Source of the DNA: a virus
Taxonomy: Duplodnaviria; Heunggongvirae; Uroviricota; Caudoviricetes
Virus record (IMG/VR): IMGVR_UViG_3300042900_000713
Span: 103,886 to 124,703 of that record
Direction: 5' to 3' (one strand)
DNA: 20,818 nt
Below, piece by piece: positions 8,427 through 15,616 of this stretch. The position numbers and the translations under genes were made by a program. How positions within the stretch are numbered: the stretch's first letter is position 1; each line of letters starts with the position of its first letter. The notes beneath the pieces were generated by a model. That model was not told the DNA's origin. It ran no database searches and was given only the letters and a program-made list of their open reading frames with translations.

Positions 8427-8433
8427 TATTTAG
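8427..8433 (-). promoter_or_regulatory. Possible T4-like late promoter core (CTAAATA) overlapping the stop codon of propeller B; second TAAATA at 8417-8422
   Basis: Minus strand ATC TAA ATA CTTTTAAATATATTATTTTT ATG. Resembles the T4 late consensus TATAAATA. The AT-rich background makes chance matches likely. Confidence 0.3.
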
Positions 8434-9653
8434 ATGTAATCTACAGATTGAATTGCTATTGTATGAAAACCTCCACCAGCAATAGATGTCCAATTGGTTC
8501 CACCAAGTAGTGTGGTGACTGGAGTTCTTCTAGGGGTAAGATCATTTACTCCTAATGCTCCATAACCATTAGCACCCCAAGACCATAAAGTTCCATCAGT
8601 CTTAAGTGCTATTGTATGATAACCTCCACAAGCAATAGATTTCCAATTGGTTCCACCAAGTAGTGTAGTGACTGGAGTGAATTTAGTTGCATTATTATTT
8701 ACACCTAGTTGTCCAAAATCATTATAACCCCAAGACCATAAAGTTCCATCAGTCTTAAGTGCTATGGTATAAGAAAGCCCACCCGCAATAGATTTCCAAT
8801 TGGTTCCACCAAGTAGTGTAGTGACTGGAGTGCTTCTATTTGTAGTATCATTTACTCCTAGTCGTCCATAAGAATTATAACCCCAAGACCATAAAGTTCC
8901 ATCAGTCTTAAGTGCTATTGTATGATAATATCCACCAGCAATAGATTTCCAATTGGTTCCACCAAGTAGTGTAGTGACTGGAGTGCTTCTATGTGTAGTA
9001 TCATTTACTCCTAGTTGTCCAAAATTATTACGACCCCAAGACCATAGAGTTCCATCAGTCTTAAGTGCTATGGTATGATAACCTCCACAAGCAATAGATT
9101 TCCAATTGGTTCCACCAAGTAGTGTGGTGACTGGTGTAAATATACCTGTTCTAGTATCATTTACTCCTAATGCTCCATAATTATTAGCACCCCAAGACCA
9201 TAGAGTTCCATCAGTCTTAAGTGCTATGGTATGATATTGTCCACCCGCAATAGATTTCCAATTGTTACCACCAAGTAGTGTAGTGACTGGAGTTCTTCTA
9301 GTTGTAGGATCATTTGCACCTAATGCTCCATAATCATTATTACCCCAAATCCATAAAGTTCCATCAGTCTTAAGTGCTATGGTATGATATTGTCCACCAT
9401 CAATAGATTTCCAATTTGTTCCACCAAGTAGTGTGGTGACTGGAGTGCTTCTATTTGTAGTATTATTTACTCCTAGTTGTCCATTAACATTATAACCCCA
9501 AGACCATAAGGAAGGAGTAACTGATAATCCAGAATTACCGAGTGAATCTAAAATAGGACCATAGACCTCTAAAAGATAGTCTTTACTGACTAACTTTTTA
9601 CCTAAATCTACACCATCACTGTCTTTAAAATTAGTTGTTGGTTGGTAAGGCAT
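8430..9653 (-). CDS. RCC1/BLIP-II-like 7-repeat beta-propeller protein B (407 aa)
   Basis: Seven repeats of the same 51-aa unit (repeat 3 is 52 aa) after a unique 48-aa leader MPYQPTTNFKDSDGVDLGKKLVSKDY... Confidence 0.92.
   Translation of the reverse strand: MPYQPTTNFKDSDGVDLGKKLVSKDYLLEVYGPILDSLGNSGLSVTPSLWSWGYNVNGQLGVNNTTNRSTPVTTLLGGTNWKSIDGGQYHTIALKTDGTLWIWGNNDYGALGANDPTTRRTPVTTLLGGNNWKSIAGGQYHTIALKTDGTLWSWGANNYGALGVNDTRTGIFTPVTTLLGGTNWKSIACGGYHTIALKTDGTLWSWGRNNFGQLGVNDTTHRSTPVTTLLGGTNWKSIAGGYYHTIALKTDGTLWSWGYNSYGRLGVNDTTNRSTPVTTLLGGTNWKSIAGGLSYTIALKTDGTLWSWGYNDFGQLGVNNNATKFTPVTTLLGGTNWKSIACGGYHTIALKTDGTLWSWGANGYGALGVNDLTPRRTPVTTLLGGTNWTSIAGGGFHTIAIQSVDYI
8436..9509 (-). repeat. 7 tandem ~153-bp coding repeats (propeller B)
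   Basis: Same nucleotide core as in propellers A and C. Confidence 0.92.
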
Positions 9654-10308
9654 TAGGTGTCTCTACTATTTGAGGTTCTCTTAAAATTATATTATAAACT
9701 TCTTCACCAGTGGTACAAGCATCAATTTCTTGAAGTTTTTGATACTCCCAATCAAATGCTTCTTGAACTTTTAAATCAATCTGTGAAATAATATATTCAA
9801 GTTCTGTAGTTGTAATTTGCAACCAAACATCATTACCAAATTTAAAGTTATGAGGTCCTGGAGAAGCAATCAATTTACTCATATAAACTAATCTATTCTC
9901 ACGACTAGTTGAAACTGAAATAGTAGTTCCATTTAGTTCAATTTCAATATTGATATTTTCCTTTTCTTTACGAACTGGGGATACCTGTTGCTTATATTCA
10001 TATTTGATTGTTTCTAATGCCTTATTATAAACTGGATAAGTCATTTCAACTCTTATTGGAATATTATTTTCTTTTATAATTTCCCATTCAAAGTTTCCTA
10101 GACTCTGATATCTTGAATCGTGTTCTGGAATAATTTGAACTACAGAAAGAAGATAAGTATTCTCATCAATTTGTAGAGGTATATTCTCATAATCTCTTGG
10201 AGTAACTTTGCCTTCAACTTCAAGTTCTTCTAGTTCGGCATTAATTAATCGGTAATTATAACCAATTGGTCCTAAAATCAGTTGAGAATCGTGAATAAGT
10301 GAGTACAT
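9631..10308 (-). CDS. DUF4376-like / tail-fibre-assembly-like protein (225 aa)
   Basis: C-terminal half RKEKEN...VSTSRENR...FKFGNDVWLQITTTELEYIISQIDLKVQEAFDWEYQKLQEIDACTTGEEV resembles DUF4376 helical domains that accompany phage fibre genes. Confidence 0.65.
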   Translation of the reverse strand: MYSLIHDSQLILGPIGYNYRLINAELEELEVEGKVTPRDYENIPLQIDENTYLLSVVQIIPEHDSRYQSLGNFEWEIIKENNIPIRVEMTYPVYNKALETIKYEYKQQVSPVRKEKENINIEIELNGTTISVSTSRENRLVYMSKLIASPGPHNFKFGNDVWLQITTTELEYIISQIDLKVQEAFDWEYQKLQEIDACTTGEEVYNIILREPQIVETPNALPTNN

Positions 10309-10321
10309 ATTGTTTTATAAT

Positions 10322-10328
10322 TATTTAG
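10322..10328 (-). promoter_or_regulatory. Possible T4-like late promoter core (CTAAATA) overlapping the stop codon of propeller A
   Basis: Minus strand TCC TAA ATA ATTATAAAACAAT ATG; same arrangement as after propeller B. Confidence 0.3.
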
Positions 10329-11503
10329 GAGAAATCTACTGACTGTCCTGCTGTGAGTGCTACTGTATAATAAGATCCACCAGCAATAGATTTCCAATTG
10401 TTACCACCAAGTAGTGTAGTGACTGGAGTGCTTCTATATGTAGTATCATTCACTCCTAGTTGACCATTACCATTATACCCCCAAGACCATAAAGTTCCAT
10501 CAGTCTTAAGTGCTACCGTATGAACACCTCCACCAGCAATAGATTTCCAATTATTACCACCAAGTAGTGTAGTGACTGGAGTGCTTCTATTTGTAGTATC
10601 ATTTACTCCTAGTTGTACAGAAGTATTAAGACCCCAAGACCATAGAGTTCCATCAGTCTTAAGTGCTATGGTATGATAAGATCCACAATCAATAGATTTC
10701 CAATTGTTACCACCAAGTAGTGTAGTGACTGGAGTGCTTCTAAATGTAGTATCATTTACACCTAATGGTCCAAAATTATTACTACCCCAAGTCCATAGAG
10801 TTCCATCAGTTTTGAGTGCTACCGTATAATAAAGCCCACCAGCAATAGATTTCCAATTGGTTCCACCAAGTAGTGTGGTGACTGGAGTGCTTCTAGTTGT
10901 AGTATCATTTACACCTAATTGTCCATTATTATTATAACCCCAAGTCCATAGAGTTCCATCAGTCTTGAGTGCTACTGTATGATAATATCCACCAGCAATA
11001 GATTTCCAATTGGTTCCACCAAGTAGTGTAGTGACTGGAGTGCTTCTATGTGTAGTATCATTTACACCTAATGCTCCATAAGTATTACGACCCCAAGACC
11101 ATAAAGTTCCATCAGTCTTAAGTGCTATGGTATGAAAACCTCCACCCGCAATAGATTTCCAATTGTTACCACCAAGTAGTGTAGTGACTGGAGTGCTTCT
11201 ATGTGTAGTATCATTTACACCTAATGGTCCAAAATTATTATAACCCCAAGTCCATAGAGTTCCATCAGTTTTGAGTGCTACCGTATGAACACCTCCACCC
11301 GCAATAGATTTCCAATTATTACCACCAAGTAGTGTAGTGACTGGAGTGCTTCTAAATGTAGTATCATTTACACCTAATTGTCCATTATTATTATAACCCC
11401 AAGACCATAAGGTATCGCCGATATATTGGTCTATTAACTTATAATCAGTTATAAAATAATCTTCAATATCTCCAAATTGGTCAGATAAAAATTGATTAGG
11501 CAT
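10325..11503 (-). CDS. RCC1/BLIP-II-like 7-repeat beta-propeller protein A (392 aa)
   Basis: Seven 51-aa repeats after a unique 31-aa leader; ATG directly abuts the fibre stop (TAAATG). Confidence 0.92.
   Translation of the reverse strand: MPNQFLSDQFGDIEDYFITDYKLIDQYIGDTLWSWGYNNNGQLGVNDTTFRSTPVTTLLGGNNWKSIAGGGVHTVALKTDGTLWTWGYNNFGPLGVNDTTHRSTPVTTLLGGNNWKSIAGGGFHTIALKTDGTLWSWGRNTYGALGVNDTTHRSTPVTTLLGGTNWKSIAGGYYHTVALKTDGTLWTWGYNNNGQLGVNDTTTRSTPVTTLLGGTNWKSIAGGLYYTVALKTDGTLWTWGSNNFGPLGVNDTTFRSTPVTTLLGGNNWKSIDCGSYHTIALKTDGTLWSWGLNTSVQLGVNDTTNRSTPVTTLLGGNNWKSIAGGGVHTVALKTDGTLWSWGYNGNGQLGVNDTTYRSTPVTTLLGGNNWKSIAGGSYYTVALTAGQSVDFS
10340..11410 (-). repeat. 7 tandem 153-bp coding repeats (propeller A)
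   Basis: The first two units start at 11410 and 11257 (153-bp period). Confidence 0.92.
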
Positions 11504-12997
11504 TTAGATTCTCCTCTCTAATTCTTCAATACGAAGTTGTTGTTCTTTAATTGCCTCAATCAATACTCCTATAAGATTTCCATAAGATACTGATTTTGTT
11601 CCATCATCATTAGTCTCAACAACTTCTGGAATAATTTTTTCAATATCTTGAGCAATTACACCAATTGAAGGTTTATCATTATGCTTCCAATCAAATCTTA
11701 CTCCATTAAGTTGTTTAGTGAGTTCAAGTGCATTCTTAATAGGTTCAATATTAGTTTTTCTAGATACATCTGAAAGTGAAGTGAACTGTGTTGCTGATAC
11801 GGTTCCTGTTGATGTAGTAAAGGTAAGTGCGGTAGATGAGGTATAAGCAGTTGAATATGTTCCAACAGTTGTAGCACTCATTGTTGGATATAAAGTTCCA
11901 GATGGAGTATTATTGAGTGTTGCGCCACCACTAAATGTTGTCCATCCAATTCCAGTTACAGTTGATTGAAGAACCTGACCTGTAGTTCCTGATGAATTTG
12001 TTGAGTCATAAATTGACCTTCCAATTCCCACATCACCAATTATAGAAAGAGTTCTTGTTGGATTTGTGGTTCCTACTCCAATATTACCACCATAAGCACC
12101 TAAAGAAATTACTCCACTTGCATCTACATCAATACTTGGAATACCTGAAATATCATTTACAGAGAAGAGGCTTCCAGTTGATAGATTATTTGTAATTGAG
12201 AATAATTGACCCGCACTACCTTCCCAAGATAAGGTGCCGGAGTTTAGAGTATCATAAGGAACAATATCAATTATAGTACCAATTCCAAGTGTACCAGTTG
12301 AAGGATTGAATTGGAGTTTTGTTGAAGAAACGTGAGCAGTTTTGGCAATTCCTGATGTGACCGAAAGAATTCCAACATACCAGTTTGAATTTGTTGTGGT
12401 GTTATCAAATACAGTAAATCCACCATCACTAGAACCTTGAACTCCTTGAACTCCTTGAGCACCTTGGACTCCTTGGGCACCCTGAACTCCTTGAGCACCT
12501 TGGACTCCTTGGGCACCCTGAACTCCTTGAGCACCTTGGACTCCTTGAGCACCTTGGACTCCTTGGGCACCCTGAACTCCTTGAGCACCTACAATTCCTT
12601 GAGCACCCTGGACTCCCTGAAGTGCAGCAGTTGCAATTGGTATCCAACTGACTCCAATACCAGTGGAAATTAATACAGAACTTGCAGTACCTACTTGATT
12701 ATTACTATCCTTTAATCCCCCAGCAATTTTGATATAACTATCAGTCTGCCCTAATGATACTGTTTTATTAGTAAGACCTCGTATTTCTCCACTCTGTTCA
12801 AAAACAATATCTACGTTATTAACACCATCACCAATAAAAATATCACGACTTGTATCACCAAGAGTTAAATCTCCACCCGGATTTGCGATGTTGAGATTTC
12901 CATTATCATCCAACTGAATAGTCGCACTACTAATGCCGGTATTTCCTTGAAAATCTACTAGACCCGATGCGGGTGTTATGATTACATCTTTTGGCAT
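11504..12997 (-). CDS. Collagen-like tail fibre with C-terminal peptidase S74 intramolecular chaperone (497 aa)
   Basis: About 20 G-X-Q triplets; IGVGTTNP motif; S74 signature TSLSDVSRKTNIEPIKNAL...GVIAQDIEKIIPEVV...SVSYGNLIGVLIEAIKEQQLRIEEL. Start moved from the TTG at 13018 to the ATG at 12997, 1 nt after the upstream stop and preceded by GGAGGGGGAG. Confidence 0.88.
   Translation of the reverse strand: MPKDVIITPASGLVDFQGNTGISSATIQLDDNGNLNIANPGGDLTLGDTSRDIFIGDGVNNVDIVFEQSGEIRGLTNKTVSLGQTDSYIKIAGGLKDSNNQVGTASSVLISTGIGVSWIPIATAALQGVQGAQGIVGAQGVQGAQGVQGAQGVQGAQGVQGAQGVQGAQGVQGAQGVQGAQGVQGVQGSSDGGFTVFDNTTTNSNWYVGILSVTSGIAKTAHVSSTKLQFNPSTGTLGIGTIIDIVPYDTLNSGTLSWEGSAGQLFSITNNLSTGSLFSVNDISGIPSIDVDASGVISLGAYGGNIGVGTTNPTRTLSIIGDVGIGRSIYDSTNSSGTTGQVLQSTVTGIGWTTFSGGATLNNTPSGTLYPTMSATTVGTYSTAYTSSTALTFTTSTGTVSATQFTSLSDVSRKTNIEPIKNALELTKQLNGVRFDWKHNDKPSIGVIAQDIEKIIPEVVETNDDGTKSVSYGNLIGVLIEAIKEQQLRIEELERRI
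12434..12620 (-). repeat. 9-bp-period (Gly-X-Gln)n collagen-like repeat in the short fibre
   Basis: GVQGAQ iterations. Confidence 0.92.
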
Positions 12998-12998
12998 T

Positions 12999-15458
12999 TT
13001 AGAAAACTCCCCCTCCAAGTCTTATTTTTCTTTCTGATAGAGAACTTCCAACATTAACAAGTGCTGAATTAGTTTGACTACCATTTATTGTGGCAAATGC
13101 TTGAACGGCGTATGGTTTATCTAATAAAACAGTAATATTTTTCATCCAGCATCCCTCAGAAGAAGTGGCTGAATCTACATGAACACCTATATTTATATAA
13201 CGAGAAAATGCCACTGGAGCAATTGTCAATTCTTTTGTTTCATAAGCACTTGTTGCAGCAGCACTAAACCGAACTGCTTCATTGCCACCAGCCATCCAAG
13301 TGCTGTTTTGACCACCAGAATTTGCTAACTGATTTGGTCCAACTCCAGATATTACATTTCTTTGTTCAAATATTGGATAAGTTCCAGAAAATCCTGGCGC
13401 CAATTTGATTTGTGCTTTTGCTCTTACAGTAACTCCTGCTGGAACAAAAACTGATTCAAACCAACCACTTCCATAATCAGAACCATCTGCAATCCAATAA
13501 ACTCTCCAAGCATCTTCGGCAGAATCCCAAAATCTTACAGAAAGATAAGTTTGTTGATAGATAGCATCATATTCCATATTATGTTCAATAACACTTCCAG
13601 ATGCACCATTATGTCCTCTATCAATATGCCCACCATGAAAACTTCCTCTAACCTGCAGATTATTGGCAGCAGGAGAATAACCACTAACAAACTCAAATAT
13701 AGAATATATTAGAGTGTTATTATTGTATGGATCCATTTCCATACCTCGTCTGTTTCCCGTATGTTTATGTTTATAGTATCCTCTATAAAAACCACTAACA
13801 AAATTAAGGTAGTCGGTTCCATTAGAAATGTAGTGATGAATCCCAACATTACCATCATAGAAGTGAAATCTACCTGCCCTAGTTGAACGAGAAATATAAA
13901 CATAACCAACTTCTGCCCATTCACTTGATCCCTCCAATCTACATCCCCATGCTTCACTAGCAACTCCTATACTATTATAAAGACATAGACCCTCACGATA
14001 CCATAAAGCATATGAAACGTTGAATCTACCTTGAACATGGCAACATCTTATCTGATCATATCTACCATAAATCCAAAATCCCCCCAAATCTCTAGTAGAG
14101 TTTGAACCTGTCATTACAATTCCTTCTAACCAACTATTCTGACTGTGTGCTGGAATAGTATTTGTTAAAGTAACAGGCAAACTCACATTAGATTTCCAAG
14201 TACCGGGTCCAAGATATAATCCCCCTTCTGCTTGCCCTTGACTGCTGCCCGCATACTTCAAATATACATCTTTAAAAATTATTGCTCTGGAGTAATTGGT
14301 GCCACCTGCTTCAATATACACTCCATAATAGTCTGTGTTTGGAGTAACTGGTTCAATAACTACATCTCGTGTTAAACGATTGACTAATGCACCAGAAACT
14401 ACATTATAACCAACGGCAGCAGTAAGTGTAATAATACTTCCAGAAACAGATGAAATTGTGTGTTTATATCTTGGTCCGGGTGTTTCATTTCCATACGCAC
14501 TTTGGGCATAGTCAGTTGATCCTCCTGCCTCACTTCTGGCTTCAATCCAAATATCATCATTTGCAACAAACATATTGGCATTTGCTACAGTAATTGTTGT
14601 TGATGCTGCAAGAGAAGAAACAGTAGTAACAGTAGCACACTTTCTCACTTTGTTATTAATAGTGTGAATCTTATCGGAACCAGTTTCATAAACAGTTAAT
14701 CCCGTAACAGTACCAGTAACAGAACCTGATAGTGTCAGTGTGTGGTTGAGATAATTAATTGCACTAATAGTATGAATATTACGATTTGCACCAGTACCAA
14801 AGATAATTATTTGACCAACACGGAATACTTTTGAATTAACAACAACTAAACTTGTTCCAGAAGCAGAAACAACTGTAGATTCTGGTCCAACAAACTGTCT
14901 AAAATAAACTGTATTAGAATCAATATCGTGAATCCAAAACCCCTCATCTCTTAATGTAGATGCTCCTGCATTTGATGCTTGAGTGGTTGTATTATCAAAT
15001 ATAGCAAACCATTCTCCCACTGCAAAATTTGTAGCAGAAGTAAAAGCAAAACTTGTTGCTCGTTCATTTGCACCAGATGAAAGAGTGGTGGTTGGCATAC
15101 CATCACTACCTTCCATAATAACGCTTGCGCCAGTTTCTCCTTGTCCATAAAGGATATGAGAAGCAGCAGCAGTTCCTCTAAATTGTAACTTATGTCCTGC
15201 TCTTGCGTGATAAGTTCCATTAGTTCTTATTCTTAATCTTCCATTCATTCTCAAGGTGGTTCCTGCACCAACTTGAGTTTGTAAAGTTCCATAGACATCA
15301 CTATCATCAAAACCGTTTGTGACTGGTGTTGAGACATTATAAGTGACTGTATGTCCAGTTGCAATTACAAAACTATCAGCATCAACAGGTGCTACTCCAC
15401 CAACCCAAGTTGCTCCTGCTGAAAAATTACCAGTTGTAGTAGATGTAATAACTGCCAT
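12999..15458 (-). CDS. Large putative virion structural / tailspike-like protein with G8-like N-terminus, repeated beta modules, probable beta-helix and C-terminal jelly-roll-like domain (819 aa)
   Basis: N-terminus TGNFSAGATWVGGVAPVDADSFVIATGHTVTY is G8-like. Three related segments (ATSFAFTSATNFAVGEWFAI; GTSLVVVNSKVFRVGQIIIF; STTITVANANMFVANDDIWI). Gly/Asn/aromatic-rich middle. Located between two fibre genes. Confidence 0.6.
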   Translation of the reverse strand: MAVITSTTTGNFSAGATWVGGVAPVDADSFVIATGHTVTYNVSTPVTNGFDDSDVYGTLQTQVGAGTTLRMNGRLRIRTNGTYHARAGHKLQFRGTAAASHILYGQGETGASVIMEGSDGMPTTTLSSGANERATSFAFTSATNFAVGEWFAIFDNTTTQASNAGASTLRDEGFWIHDIDSNTVYFRQFVGPESTVVSASGTSLVVVNSKVFRVGQIIIFGTGANRNIHTISAINYLNHTLTLSGSVTGTVTGLTVYETGSDKIHTINNKVRKCATVTTVSSLAASTTITVANANMFVANDDIWIEARSEAGGSTDYAQSAYGNETPGPRYKHTISSVSGSIITLTAAVGYNVVSGALVNRLTRDVVIEPVTPNTDYYGVYIEAGGTNYSRAIIFKDVYLKYAGSSQGQAEGGLYLGPGTWKSNVSLPVTLTNTIPAHSQNSWLEGIVMTGSNSTRDLGGFWIYGRYDQIRCCHVQGRFNVSYALWYREGLCLYNSIGVASEAWGCRLEGSSEWAEVGYVYISRSTRAGRFHFYDGNVGIHHYISNGTDYLNFVSGFYRGYYKHKHTGNRRGMEMDPYNNNTLIYSIFEFVSGYSPAANNLQVRGSFHGGHIDRGHNGASGSVIEHNMEYDAIYQQTYLSVRFWDSAEDAWRVYWIADGSDYGSGWFESVFVPAGVTVRAKAQIKLAPGFSGTYPIFEQRNVISGVGPNQLANSGGQNSTWMAGGNEAVRFSAAATSAYETKELTIAPVAFSRYINIGVHVDSATSSEGCWMKNITVLLDKPYAVQAFATINGSQTNSALVNVGSSLSERKIRLGGGVF

Positions 15459-15616
15459 TATGGTGTTGTGCTAAGGTATGGATAATTAACTTCTGGTTCT
15501 GGAATACTGATTTCAAGTTCAATCATATTCTCATCTTCTCTTATGTAGTTTATTACACAAGGTTCATCCGCAGTTGCTTCAAGTGTATTCTTATTAATTG
15601 TTATTTTGGTAATCAT
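15458..15616 (-). CDS. Small acidic hypothetical protein (52 aa), not in ORF track
   Basis: [52 protein letters not shown]. It exactly fills the gap, with TAATG overlaps at both its start (15616) and its stop (15458-15460). Confidence 0.8.
   Translation of the reverse strand: MITKITINKNTLEATADEPCVINYIREDENMIELEISIPEPEVNYPYLSTTP

Noticed and set aside
4079-11410. Repeat-plus-variable-spacer pattern resembling a CRISPR array
   Set aside because: Units are in-frame coding repeats of 153 bp, the variable parts are single codons, and there are no cas genes or palindromic repeats.
4073-11503. A complete diversity-generating retroelement
   Set aside because: No reverse transcriptase, avd gene, template repeat or IMH hairpin is seen in the window, and invariant adenines plus non-A variation argue against it. 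Kept only as a hypothesis in findings.
4073-11503. Eukaryotic RCC1 (Ran GEF) or eukaryotic/giant-virus origin
   Set aside because: Overlapping ATGA/TAATG operon structure, SD motifs and S74/DUF4376 fibre genes indicate a bacteriophage context; only the fold is shared.
13709-15220. Short same-strand alternate-frame ORFs inside the 819-aa gene (and 8041..8238 inside TPR-GT9)
   Set aside because: Fully nested, no RBS or motifs, expected by chance.
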